The position numbers and the translations under genes are program-made. Under the pieces are notes generated by a model that saw nothing but the letters and a program-made list of their open reading frames with translations, was not told where the DNA came from and searched no databases. Below, piece after piece: positions 12,313-28,500 of a DNA stretch of 64,000 nt. Numbering within the stretch: the first letter of the stretch is position 1; each line of letters opens with the position of its first letter. Source of the DNA: the human T2T-CHM13v2.0 reference genome, Homo sapiens; assembly GCF_009914755.1 (NCBI RefSeq), contig NC_060930.1; one strand, 5' to 3'.

Positions 12313-15300
12313 TGCTCCCCACTCCAGCAAACCGACAAACAAAGGCCTAATGTGGGTAGTTTGGGAAAAAGTTAAGGAAGGAGAACTGGCACTTAGAGCA
12401 AGAAATGACCAAGAAAACTTAAGGTCTTTCCTCTCCCCAGGAAAATTTGCAGAGATTGGTGAGGACCTGAGGCTGCCTTGAATGGGGTTGATTCCAACTT
12501 ATTTAACTCTCAAAGGACCATGAATCTCAGTGCATATACAGAGCAAATAATACATGGGAGAGCACATGACAAACTATGAAGCATGAGACAAATCTCATTT
12601 ATTGCTTCCATGTTCTTCTCAAGTAACACATAATGATGATTCCAACAGCTTTCATTTATTCAAACCACGCATTATAGAAGTGTTTCAATTTTTAATTTAG
12701 TAATCATCAGACTCTTGTCCTGTATTCTTGTATAACTACTTTAACACATAGGAAATAATAAGTCTGTACACTTCCCACGTTCTTAGTTCTTAAAACACTC
12801 ATCAAATAAAAACACATGTAGGACACAGATGGTGCCAAAGTCGAGGCTTCAGTCACAGTTTTCTACCACGATAGTTAATTGTGTTCTGAATTTGACAAAG
12901 AGCCACTCAATAAGTATTGTTCAAATGTCATTTTCAAAGCAGATCCTGTTTTCATTTCCTGGCCTTGTGTATTGGTTAGAAGTTGTCCTGCAAGCAGTGT
13001 GTTTTACTCTACACCCCAGTGAAATCCTGTCCCAGTAATTGCTTCATTAATGGCAGATTGCTTAATATTGAATATATTCATGTAGCTTTAACAGGCTCCT
13101 AAAAGTAATAAGTTCTTCACTCATATCAAATGTTACCATCATTGCACCTATAATAGAAAACACATTTAACAAATAGTGCTGGTGCTATCTCTATGTTGGA
13201 AATGCTTGTCTTAATTAACATGCATTATTTTGAAGAAATGCACTGGTTAATATACAATGCGTTAAAATAAATGTGCATTGCATTTAGATAATTGCAACTC
13301 CATGAAAATGATGTTTTGAATGCAGTGAGAACCCTGGAATTTAACAGTGAAAAAATATTCTTAATGTATTTTTTTCTTAAATACTGGCAAATATACAATG
13401 CAATATCATATGTTCCCCAAATAACTTTCTCTGATAACATTTATCTGAGGAACTTCAAAAAGCAGTACACAGATTGTCATTATTACATTTCCTATATTTC
13501 AAGTATTCTTTTTTGAATCATGGCTAATGTAAAAACATGATGATATTCCCTGCTTAGTTAAAGATATGTCTTCTGTATACACTGATATTTGGCATTTTGA
13601 TATTTTTTCGTAAGTAATGTCATACAACCAAGTGAACCTACTTAAGTTTAAAACTGTTTTACTTTTAGAATTAGCAGATTGTGTTATTTAGTCTTTTGTT
13701 CATTTCATAGTGACTGGGATGATAGGCATCCTTTGAGTAAAGAAGTGAATGTGTCCAGCAATGTTAACTCTTTATCGTGAATCTTGTCTGTAAACTTTCA
13801 TTTAAAAAATAGAAATAATTTCCATGAAAGAAAACTTCCTGTAATAGACTACAATACATTTATACATTATTTTGGAAGAGAATAAGGCAGATGTATGCTT
13901 GGGGTATTAGTATACTAGAAACAATGCATTTGATGTACTTAATTGGAATTACACTTCATGTCTTCTTAGCAATTTTCTACCTCTCTTCGCCACCATCAAC
14001 GCCTTCTCATTCTTCATGCCAGAACTTATTTTTCACCCCCCTCTGAGGTTATATCATTTGAGATAAGTAAATATTTGTACTTCTCTTATAATTGTCAAAG
14101 TATACAACACATGTTTGTGGAGCAGTAATTAGCAAGGTACATGAATGTCTGTTGAGGAACACTGAGATATCTTGAAAAATAAATTAAAGCAGCAATATCA
14201 TGTCTCTGCAATGGTAGTTACCTTCTGGAGAACTGCTCTCTAAACTAACATTACTTCAAAATACAAAATTGGAAAGTAAAGCCATTCTCTTTTTTTTGCA
14301 GAAGAGAAAACTGAGATTTGTAATTTAAGAGACTTACCAAAAGTCATAGAGTAAGGACTCTAAAAAGGCTGGACATTGATAGTCTCCAGGATTATCAATA
14401 CACACATTTTTGCACTGCTGTTTCATCTCTTTAAATCTCTATTTAAAAGAATATTCTACACTAAATGCATATTGTCTCTTCATATAGCTGAGATGTCTTA
14501 CATATACAGCAAAAAGATTTTTATCGGGAGAAAATTATAAATTATATCTTATAATATGTTATATATTATCTTATTCTTATCTTATATATTTTAATATATG
14601 ATATCATATATCTTATAATTATATCTAATAAATTATATCTTTAGTTCCTCTTAGTGCAGTTAAATATTGTTTCAGTACATCTACACATGTGGTCAGAGCG
14701 CTTACATTCCAGGCTTGTCTGACTTCCTTCTAGTTACTAGAATGACTAATCGTACAGGTTTATGAAGTATACAGGTATGCAAGTGTGCATGCCCTGCCAT
14801 TCATTACAAAACTTATCTCACTGTAAAGGATCAAGGGCATCTCAATTCTTTATGGCATACTTAAACATTCATTTTTTTCCTAAGTACTAACCTCACATTA
14901 GTTACTTAGCTAGGTGAATTTCCACTTATGTCTTGAGTAAAATGTTTCCAGAATTTTACATTTTCATCTGGCTGCATAAAGGTTTAAGTAGTAGCTGAAA
15001 GCTGAAATTATAATGTTGCTTTTTTAAAAATTAATTTATTTAAAGTATTTACTATAAAAACTGTGTGTCCACAGTGCTTACAGTTAAAGTCGCATAGCTA
15101 CCTAGAGAAAAACAGAAATAGCAGAAGCGAAAAGAATCCAAGAAGCGTAGGGGATGAGAAATAGAATGCTCTTGCTTGACATTTGAAATGGGAGAGAGAG
15201 CCAATGAGGCAGAGAGATTCAGAAAGGTGCTTTCAGAAGTAGTGAAAGTTTCCCAACTGACAGTAGTAAGATTGTGTCAAGGGACCAACAGAAAGCTAAT

Positions 15301-15927
15301 GTCATTTGTCAAAGGGCAGCTGGCTGCACAATCTGTAGAGAATGGGGCTCTGGCACATGCTCAGGCAAGAGTCTGGAATACTTTTAAACTAATAGTAGCG
15401 ATTGCAAAAACAGCCTGACACCATTCACAAATGTATGGAAAGGAGAGTCCTTTGCTTGATGACTAGGTTTATGCTACTTTTAATAGATATGAGAGAGTTA
15501 AAAAAGAGAGAGAGAAAGAAGGCTTTCTTCTTGGACCTGAGGTATTTTTGGATAGCAAAATAAAGCCAATTTGTTTGGTTTACTCACTGTGTATCTGTAG
15601 CTAAGCTGGGTACAGTTTTCTTGGCATAGCATTTACATATCAGAAAAAGCTCATTGGAAGGCCATGTGTTTCTATTCCACAAGCCTCTCCTGCTGTATTG
15701 AAGAGTAGAGTGGGTCAATCTTCACAAGCAGACTCCTCGAGCATGACTAAGCTCGCATGTGTCACAGGCGTGAGGACCAATCTGTTTCCTCACAGGAAGA
15801 AACAGATACTTGAAATTAGTCCTGAAATGGAATTGGAGTTTATGCCTTTAATGAAGTGAAAGCATGACTGACAAATGCTTTCAAACTTCCAGAACACTGG
15901 TGAATAGGGCTAAGTTAAGATATTATA

Positions 15928-16075
<148 letters not shown>

Positions 16076-17184
16076 TATAACATACTGTAATTGATCCTCC
16101 TCGTTTTCAGATATCTTCCTGTTTTTATATTTATAGATACAGTATGATTAAAAGATCATCTCCTGGGTCGAATTCTTTCAATGTAACGTGTTTTGAAATA
16201 TTCAGTAATCCCTTGTTTTAAAGATTATGCGTTTATATATCATGATTTTGTCTAATAAATAAGCAGCATACACAATAAAGAACCTCCCAGTTTCACATGC
16301 ATTTTTAAATTTGTAACTTCCTTTACTGCTATTATAAAATTAAAATAGATACCCACCCTCCAAGTGTCAAAAACTTAGCTTCCCCGTCCTAACACTATCC
16401 TCTAGATCTTTTCCGTCTTCCCTTTTTGTCTTGTCCACCGTGTGCTCCCAGGTATGACAATATCAGTGTAACCTGTTTTATTATTTTTCTTAACCTTCAC
16501 AGCTTACTGTTTCTCTGGAAATCAAATGTATTCTAATTTGTGTACTTTTTTTTTTCTTAAATCTTGTATGTCCTTCACAAGTGTAAACTGCCTTTGGTCA
16601 GTGAGGGAAATGGGCCTCTATAACCTTCTCTTACATAGTTTAACATCTGAGGAACACAGAGAAGTTCAATTTTATGTCAGTATTTCTTCATTGTAATATT
16701 TTATCCTACCATAACTATCTGTCTTTTGTACTTAAAAAGAAGCAAAAATTAAGGAATTGAATTTTTCATATTATCATTATGGTCCTTCATTACTTTTCTG
16801 GTAATGAAGATTGTGTGGTAAACTGTTATATTCTGATTAAGTAGGAAGTACTACATGTTGTCAACTACTACCCTTTCTTTCCTGCATGATTTTTAAAACC
16901 CTCAACACTTCTACTAAGACTCTACATTATCAACTAAACATTTATTCCTAATTCGAATAATATAATTTTAGCAAAAGAAAGAGATTAAGGAATTCAAAGT
17001 TTGGAAATATAGAAACGTGTATGTACATAGGAATATTTGGGGCTAGAGGGATTGAGTGACTTGCCTAAGATCACAGAGATCATATCTCTCTGATAAGATT
17101 CCATTAACTCTCTGACAATTTTCCCAGATAAATTTGGCCAGTTAATTATTATATATACAAACTGTTCATCTGAACTCTCCTTTT

Positions 17185-17895
17185 ACAATTATTTATGTAG
17201 CTTTAATGAGGTTATAATTTACATATCATGAAATTCACCTATTATATGTGTGCAATCCAAATATTTTTACCAAATTTATAGAGCTACGCAACTATCATCA
17301 CAATTCAGTTTTCAAAATATTTATCATACCCCAAATTTCCCTCCACTCCATTTGCAGTCAATCTTCACTTCCCTCCCACTCACCGCTTCCTCCACCCTTC
17401 CCAGACAGGCAACCACTGATCTGTTTTCTATCTCTCTGAATGTGGCATTTGGGATGTTTAATATAAATTGAATCATGTAGCATGTGGTCTTTTTCACTTG
17501 GCTTATTTTACATAACATTTTATCTTTGGGTTTATCCATTGTTGTAAGTCCTATCTATATTGCACTTGTTTTTATTGCTGAATAGTACCCTATTTTTTGG
17601 ACATACCACATCTCGTTTCATTCACCACTTAATAGACATTTGAATTGTTTCCAGTTTTGAGTTGTTATGAATAATATTGCCAAGAACATTCAGGTACATA
17701 TCTTTGTTTGTACATGCATTTTCATTTCTCCTGGATATATTTCTCAGAGTAGAATGGCTGGATTGAAGGCTAAGTTTATTTTTAACCTTTTTTAAAAGAA
17801 ACTGTCAACTGTTTTTCAAAATGGTTGCACAATTTTGCATTTCCACTATCAATGTAAGAGGATTCTGGTTTCTAGATATCTTCTCCAATACTTGG
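17185..17895 (-). mobile_element. L1MB/L1ME-type 3' end
   Basis: agctttaatgaggttataatttacata...ggcaaccactgatctgttttc...ttgtttccagttttg. Confidence 0.8.
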
Positions 17896-18169
17896 AGGTG
17901 GAAATGTGGAATCTTACTGGCTGAAGATGTTTGAACACAATCTATGACCTTTCTTTGGCTTAAAACTAAGCTAGAAAGACTCAGAGGTAGCCCCTATGAA
18001 GAGAGGCTTAAAACTTTAACCAAGAGAGCAAAAAATGGAGCAGAGATTAATGTCTGTACATTGTAAGAGAGATAGACTTCACAGATATAATTAAGGCTGA
18101 TAAATAAGCAAACAAAGAATTTTAAAAAATGAGCTACAAAATGCATTCAAAGTTAGATTCTGTATCATT

Positions 18170-18790
18170 TTTATTTAATGCCGGACCCCCTGTGCCTATG
18201 TGTATGGGGGCACCTTTAGCCAGAGACGTGTCGGTAAACTGTACCCAGCCTGATGTCCACTGTGTATACTAGGTTCAACCTGAGATAGGTAGGAAATCCT
18301 TCAAGTATACTATGGTTGTCTCACCTTCTGGAACTCCCAGTTAAATTACTCAATAGTTCTTGTGTCTGTTGTTTGCCCTCGTACTGCTGCAACCTAAAAC
18401 TAGCTGAGTTGCTGGCTCACCTTGTTTGCTTTCCACTTTAAATGATAAAACTCCAAATAAAGTGAGACCCCCCCACTCTTGCAATGAGACTGAAGCTGCT
18501 GGTTTGCTGGTTTTCAAGGGCTGCCCTGCTTTGGTTAAACTCCTACAAGAACAGAGCTGATTGGGTGGGCACTGGGGACAGCCTCAGGGAAGAGTACCAC
18601 ACAGTCTTGATGTTCCTGCGCTAAGTTTAGTAGTTTTCATTTATAAACTCTCCCCAGTTTGCTGTTTACCTTTGATTGATTTTTCCGAGTGCTTAAATGA
18701 TTGTTTTTGCCAGTTTGGGCCAGTTTTATAGTTGCTCTTTGAAGAGATAATTTGTCGATCTCTTCACTGCATCATGCCAGAAGTGAATCC
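18170..18790 (-). mobile_element. Old L1M 5'UTR fragment
   Basis: Ends ccagttttatagttgctctttg...atctcttcactgcatcatgccagaagtg, typical of antisense L1M4-class 5' termini. Confidence 0.5.
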
Positions 18791-19139
18791 TCTGGGTTAT
18801 TGTTTATCTTTCCTAAAATACGTCTCCTGAAATAATCTATAAAGACTAGATTCAAGTAAATTACAATACATATGGTGGAACAAATGTGTTACCTCTGTAT
18901 CCTCTTTGCTCAAAAATGAAGTTAAAGGAATTAAAATTAACTTGAAAGACCAAATAGAAAGAGAATAGAAGAGGAGGTCAGCAGATAAGTAATGTCAACA
19001 GAAATATGAAATACAGCAGGTGTATAGACTTAGCATATGACAAAAACTGGCACATTAGAGGCCAGAACAGGATGTTAACAAGCAGATTAAAGTCACTACA
19101 GAACCTAGAAGAGGCTCAGGAATTTGAGGTGTCAGGTAC

Positions 19140-20047
19140 CTGGAACTCAACTGTCCATCAACAGGAGAGTGAATAAATGGACTCTGATATAATCTCACAA
19201 TGAAATATGCAGCAAGCAAAATAAAGTAACTACAATAACAGATAAATATAGACATATTTTAATAGTATATGAGCTGAAAGAGGTAAGCACAAAAAGATTA
19301 TATAGAATTCAAAAGTTCTTATAATTTTAAAAAATAAAATATACATGTGATTATGTGTATATCACATATTAGTAAATTATGGCTCAAGGACAAAATTGAC
19401 CTGTTTTTGTATGGTTGGCCCCTGAGATAATAGTGGTTTCCATGCACTTAAATCCTAGAAAAGCACATCTCACTGTTTGTAATACAGATTTATAGGAAAA
19501 TAGCCAGGCTTGTTAGTTTACATATTATGTGTGGCTACTTTGGCCCTGCAACAGCAGAGTAGAGCAGTTGGAAGAGAAGCCATACAAAGCTGTATCTAGT
19601 CTTTTACAGGAAAAGTTTACCAACCTCTGATGTACAATATATACATATATACATGCATACATACATATTCATACATATATACACATATATACACATCAAA
19701 CTTCCAATAAATAAGATAAACATATAAATACAAAGATACATTTATAATTACATACATATATTTAAATATATAAATGCACACTTTTATTTATGAACCTATA
19801 GCAATATTTATGTACACATATACTAAAAATGTATATATTTGTAATATCTATAAACAACATAAAAATATGTAGAAATCAAGGGATTATCAAGATAAAAATT
19901 TGTGAGGAGAAAGGGGATTATAAACACAGGAGTCAGGGAAGTAGTTGTCTCAGAAGAGAGGAAACCAAGAGGTGGGGTTGGGGAAGGCTACACAGTTAGA
20001 TATAAATTATTGTCAAAAGCATTTTTTTAACTTGAAGTATATTTATT
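19140..20047 (+). mobile_element. L1ME-type 3' remnant hosting MER58 and the L1PA2 insertion site
   Basis: ctggaactcaactgtccatcaacaggagagtgaataaat...acaatgaaatatgcagc. Confidence 0.55.
19364..19629. mobile_element. MER58(B)-like hAT-Charlie DNA transposon
   Basis: cctgtttttgta...tttacatattatgtgtggctactt...caacagcagagtagagcagttg...tttacaggaaaagtttaccaacctctg. Confidence 0.75.
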
Positions 20048-20051
20048 AAAA

Positions 20052-22161
<2,110 letters not shown>

Positions 22162-22266
22162 AAAACTAAATAGATAACAAATGGGTATAAGATGGTTAAT
22201 AGATTAATATGTTTCATAAACAAAGAAATAATATTAATCAAATTATGTGTACCAGACATCCATTAC

Positions 22267-22534
22267 TTTTTTTCTTTTTTGAAACAGAGTCTTGCTCTGT
22301 CTCCCAGGCTGGAGTGAAGTAGCATGATCTCAGCTCACTGCAACCTCTGCCTCCTGGGTTCAAGTGATTCTCCTGCCTCAGCCTCCCGAGTAGCTGGGAT
22401 AACAGATGCATACCACCATGCCCGACTAATTTTTGTGTTTTTAGTAGAGACGGGGTTTCACGATGTTGGCCAGGCTGGTCTCGAACTCCTGACCTCAGAA
22501 GATCCACCCGCCTTGGCCTTCCAAAGTGCTGGGA
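22267..22534 (-). mobile_element. AluS (Sx/Sz-like), slightly 5'-truncated
   Basis: Antisense dimer stopping at caaagtgctggga. TSD remnant atccatta on both sides. Confidence 0.92.
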
Positions 22535-22945
22535 ATCCATTAGGTTTTTAAAAATTATTTTCATAATTTTGCAATCAGCACCCTAGATATATTTTCCACT
22601 AAATACAACTACTCCTACCAAGGAAAAAGACTGAAGTTGCATTCTTTAGAGATGTGGAATGAAAAAGCAGTATGTGGCATATCTGAAGGTGGAGAAAACT
22701 CAAACTGAAAATGGGAGAAATAAAGACATTGGTCTATTTTACCTACTCATTTATCAAACTTTTTGCTCTCCAAACATGGAAGAGTTAATTGTCCTCTGGT
22801 AAAAATTGGCTAACATCCCCCAACCACAACCTCCAATAAAAAAAATTCTCTAGATGCTGACATTTGGTAGGGATGATAGTCTATTAGTTTTCTATTAGTG
22901 CACAACAAATTACCACGCTTAATGGCTTGAAACAACACAAATTTA

Positions 22946-23585
22946 GTAAAATGGTGTAGCCACCAAGGAAAAGAGTATGGAGGCTCCACAAACAATTAAA
23001 TGTAGCATTGCCATGTGATCCATAAACTCTACCTTTGGGTATATATCAAAAGAATTAAAAACAGAGACTCCAAAATATATTTTGTTTATGTTCGTAGTTC
23101 ATGTTCATAGAAGCTTATCCACAATAGCCAAAAGGCGAAAAAAAACCTAAATGTCCACTGATAAATAGATAAATAAAGTGTGGTGTACAGATTACAATAG
23201 AATATTATTCATCCTCAAAAAGAATGAAATCATGATTCATGCTACAACGTGAATGAATATTGAAAACATTATGCTAAGTGAAATAAATCAAAATTGACAA
23301 GGCTTTGGACGGATAAATGAGTATGTGGAATAAAGATAAGTGTAATTGTATTAGTCTACTTACATGAGGTACCTACAATGTCAAATTCGTAGAAAGAGAA
23401 AGAATAGTGATTATTAGGGATTCAAGGGAGGAGGAAATGAGGAATTATTGTTTCGCTGGTACAGAGTTTCAGTTTGGGATGATGAAAAAGTTCTGGAGAT
23501 GGATGGTGGTGATAGTTATACCATGTGAATATATTTAACAGCGTTGAACTGTACATTAAAAATGATTAAAATGGTATTTGTAGTA
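22946..23585 (+). mobile_element. L1MB-type 3' end, preceded by a short MLT1 fragment (~22880-22945)
   Basis: gtaaaatggtgtagcc...gaaaacattatgctaagtgaaataa...gttctggagatggatggtggtgatagtt. Confidence 0.8.
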
Positions 23586-23589
23586 CAGG

Positions 23590-24100
23590 AGATTACATAT
23601 CAAAAGGAAACACCACATTACAAAAAACATAAGGAAATTTTAAACACCCACTATAATACCTTACTTTATTAAAATTTAGAATCCCAGCAATAAAGAGAAG
23701 ATGCCAAACATTTCCAGAGAAGAAAAATGAGGCTGGCAACGATTTGGCGATTAGAATAGCATTACACTTATGAGATATAATATGTAAATCTGGAAGAAAT
23801 GAAACCAAGAGTGATGTTGAGAAGTCATTTTTATGAATGAAAACTCTTAAAATGTTAATATTTAGGAGGTCACAAAAGTTTTGTTTCATCAGTATGAGGG
23901 GAACAATTAAAACAGAGGAAATATGAAATCAAGGGATGGCATCTAGCACAGAACAGAAACAAAGGAAATTCCCATTTTATGGTCATTTTGGGATGGCAGC
24001 TGTGCCACCCTGCAGAAGAGTACAACAGGATAGTGAGCCCAAGGAGAAATCTTTCCATTCCCTACTGCCTTAAATATTGGAACTAATATTTTCAATGTGA
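23590..24100 (+). mobile_element. HAL1/L1ME-like remnant
   Basis: atctggaagaaatga..., gaggtcacaaaagttttgtttc..., cagaacagaaacaaaggaaattccca resemble HAL1. Confidence 0.4.
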
Positions 24101-25511
24101 CAATATTGAATGGAGCTTTTGAGTTCCGTGAATTACCTAATACACAAACAAATTAAATTACCAAATAAATATATCTTCTCACCATTCCACTTTAACCAAA
24201 AAGTCACATTTATATCACATTTTATATCCCCTTAGAAAACTCTTCTCATCTATACCTACTGACAATATTCTTCTTTGATACTTTGAGTATTGTGATAGTT
24301 GATACATCATTATTAATTAAACATAAGGTAGCACAGGTGCAGATAAAACTTCAATTAGCACTTAATGTTACCGGTGTTAAATAAATTGAAACTTCTAAAA
24401 ATCTCTAAGAAAAAAAGCCCACTTATTAATATAAATTTAATTAGAAAGGAAATTTAATTTAAATTAATCAAAATTTTCAATATTATTTAGGGTAATATAC
24501 ATTGGCTCTCTGAGCAGTCTTTTTGAATGGTGTATCTTTTGTGGATATTTTAATAATTCTTATTATAGCTTTTATAAAAGATTATACATAGGCATATGAA
24601 CGCAAATATTTACCTGCCCACCCTTAAAAACAAATGTCTATTGAAATTCCATGGCAAGGAGTTGGCACCTGGGAAACTTAAGGTAAATGTCCAGTTGACA
24701 ATCTGGAATTCTCATCAGGTACTCTCCAAGAATGTTCTCCAAACAGTCAAGTCTGCTTTCCACTTCTTTCCACGTTGCTGGCGCTTGTCATCTTCCTCCA
24801 ATAAAACTAAATCCTTTTTCCATTCACCTGGCTCAGTATTGCTTCACATTTTCTGTCCAGCTGCTAGAAATGTTGCCTTCTCCCTGTTGCCAATTGTTTC
24901 CTCAGCCAATACATTTTCCTCCATTGCCTCTTTACAATACTTCACACATATGTAATGCTTTCTTAAGTAGGTTCTCAAAGTTCTTCCAAATATGCTACTT
25001 CGTTAGTCTTCTTGATAATCCTGTGATGAATACAGGTCCAAACAATCCCAAATTTGCCAATCAACTGGATTTTCAAAAGTCATTTTGATGTTGGTTGTTT
25101 GGAATCCAGAGGCAAAATATGGAGACTGGGTCTCAGGGCAGTCTGAATATGTCTCCACATTATACAACTGAAGGATACAGCTCTATATAAATGACACTGC
25201 ATGGGCCATCCAGTATGTATTTTAGTATTTCTGTGGAATTATGCATTAGAAAGGCCAGCTGAGGATTCTGGAAAATTATTCCCTCTGCTGACTTCCTGGA
25301 AAGAGAGTTTAGTAATTCCTTATTCAGTACTACCCAGTCCTCATCTTTAATCGGTATAATCGCTAAGAATTTAGAGGGGAGCTAATCTATTCCTAATCCG
25401 CAAGTGGCAGCCTAATCTAGGAGGATGCTGGCAGAATAAGGGAAAAAGATGTAGAGGTAAAAGGATGGTAGTGGGTTACAGAAGCAGTGGGACTGGGTTC
25501 CTAGTTTATGA

Positions 25512-25515
<4 letters not shown>

Positions 25516-25554
<39 letters not shown>
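25516..25554. repeat. (CT)n microsatellite
   Basis: About 19 CT units. Confidence 0.95.
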
Positions 25555-25558
<4 letters not shown>

Positions 25559-28500
25559 CTATGGTTTTTCAAAATTTTACTTACAAGTACTGTTTTCACC
25601 AACTACTGTTACTTCCCATCAATGTTTCTCAATTCTTTGGTACATTGTAAACTAGAAAACAGTTACACAGTTTCTTTCTATATTTTAAAATATAAATATA
25701 TAGGAAAAGACACTTTTGAGATAGCTTAAGATTTTCTAATAAATATTTAAAGCTTTGAAGAGATGAAAATAAATTTTCTGAAGGCAAGGAACAACCATAC
25801 ATTGGTTGGTGATGGTGGCTACGATGTGCACACACACAAAAAACTGAGATAATATTGATCTATATTTGGGAGAAATAGTCTAAATATTTCTCTAAATATT
25901 TTAGAGAAAAACTCACCTTATTTGACACATTAGCACAGTAGAAGCACAGATTCTGAAATTATAAGAAAGGGAGAAATTAGTATTTATGGAATGAGGATAG
26001 GGTGGGGTCACTCATTCACAGATGTGAATTAAGAAGAGTTGGATACTGCCAATAAATCAGCTCTAAGTGGTTAAAAAGAGTGGCTGTGAGGTGAGACAGG
26101 GAGTGGGGATGGGGGAATTTTATGTATGGGTATCTCTAGGTAAAAGCATAAGGAGAAGGGGCTCATAGCAAGAGGAAAGAAATAAGAACTGAGGAAAGGG
26201 AGGGCACAAAAAATATTTAAGGGTCCATGCAGTGATATGAAAAAGGTTAGTTGCTAAAGATGACATTCACAGCTTCCTTGTTTTCTATTAATAACTTGTT
26301 AATAGTTTTCTGATTTTTCCTATTGTCACAGAAAAATAGAGTTTATATTCTGTGCTAGAACTATATTTTACGATCTGCATATCTAATTTCATATGCTAGC
26401 TGTGTTCAAATTATGAAAATTCAAATAATTATTTTTTGTTTTCATTTTCCCTTTGTTTTGTGAGGCTGAGAATTTGAGACATTATTGGCAGACATCAGTT
26501 AAGAAAACAAAAATACGAGAGAGGTGAAATAGGATGTTGGCCAAGGCATATGCCCCTCCCTTTTCCCATCTTTCTCTCCTTGATGCTGTGTCACTTAAGG
26601 GGAAGAATTAGATCCTCCATATCATCAGAGATATCAGGTGAGAAACCATCTCTGGGTATTTGGGGATTTCAAACACTTCATCAGTGTTTGTAATAACAAG
26701 GATCAGAGGAGAGATGAGAAATAAAGTAGGAGTCAATATTTTTAGAGTTTGGGAAGGGGTTTCTGGGCTAGTAATTTTCAATGATTGTTCGCAGGCTGTG
26801 TATCAAATATTTTGACCTGGGTCTTGGAGGTCACCTAACTTGACCTTTCATTTAAGGGATGCTTGTAGGTCAATTGAATACTTTATGGGAACAGTTTAGA
26901 TATGGTTCCCAGAAACAAATGTTAAAGGCGATGCCTTACTCAATAGCCTACTGATCTTAACTTAAATGAGTAAATTTAAATATAAAATATTCTCCAGAGA
27001 AAACTGTCTTTTAAAATTCCATAATTTTAGCATTAAAGGTGATGGAAACCTTCAGAAGATATCAGGCCTTAAGCAACTGTAAGCAGGGGTATCATTATTA
27101 CTTATATAGTAATGCTACAGTTGGTACATAAACACAATTCCTGGTCAGTGGGTATAAATGAGGTATAAACAAGCACATCTGGAAGGATATGGATATATAG
27201 TACATTGATGGATTGATAATAATTGATGGATCACATTGGCCATTTGAAAGAAAAGTCAGCTGTAAATAGATTCTAAGGAGAATGACGCAATATTAGAGTA
27301 ATTAATGAATTACATTTCAGTGTAATTTTAACAGTAAAACTGCAGACTTTGTAGGTACTCAGGAAAACTAATTCTCTATGCAGATGTGAGTATTCTGATG
27401 TGTTAATTTATTATGTGTATATATAGATAAATTTATTCTAGAAGTACCATGTAAACTCTAAAAATATAAATTATACCTATACATCTAATTTTTTAAAGTT
27501 CATTTTTCAATATAGCTTAAAACAATTTTTAGTCAAATCACATTACTTAAATGAAAACCCTTTCTTCTACAGTGATTTTCATGTTTTTATTAAGAGAAAA
27601 ACATTGCATATAAAATTTTATAAGTTTTATGAAGACACACACTAAATTAACCATAAATGATTGTCATCATCTATTCTCATTTTCATAAAAATCATCTGGT
27701 TAAAAAGTGTTAGCATGCATGCTGCTTGCTTTGTGTTTCAGAAATTCATTTAGATAACACAATGAGTATAATATACACTGTAAAGTGATGACATGTTGCT
27801 GGTCATAGAATTGCTATGTGTTTGGCTTGTGATGACCAGGTCATTGGCTATATTTCAGCATTCAATTTCAATGCACATTTTTTCCACTTAAAAGTCTTTA
27901 GAGCATGGTGACAGAGTACTGGGAGCGTGGAATGTCTAAACATTATAAAAATAGAGAAAGAAAAGATGGGATGCTTCATCCACTCCATTTATCTGCCTGT
28001 TCAATATTGGATCTCACAATTAATTTTTTATTTAGGACATATAATACTTTGAGGTCTGATAAGATGGATGCTGCTATATTTTTTTTCTGAATGGTATAGT
28101 AGTACCCTCAAAGTATTGTGAAATGGACACTTTAGTTAGTGATTCCTACCTGGAATGGGTTGCAATATATTTAAGCTTTCTATTGCCTATTGATTTATTT
28201 CACGTGCCAGAGACATTACCCTTTAGCTTTCTTAACTTCCTAATCTAAACCTGCATTATTACTTTAATATGAATGAACATTTTCTCTTCCAATCACGCAA
28301 GATAAATATTAGTCAAACTTGACAGATGCAGAAACCACAATTCAGAGAGATTACTCAAACTTTTTTACTCAGTTACTTGAAACCAGATCTTCTGATTTGG
28401 ATATCATACAGGTTATGATATTTTTATTTGATTGCCTTTTTATTAAAGATGTGTTATTTACCTTATTTTTGAGTTATTTATTGCATTATTTCATTTTTTG

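Noticed and set aside
24596-25088. Two overlapping ~119-aa ORFs
   Set aside because: Composition typical of random AT-rich frames; no domain or splice support.
25887-25909. 10-bp-arm hairpin tttctctaaa/tttagagaaa
   Set aside because: Short and AT-rich; compatible with chance.
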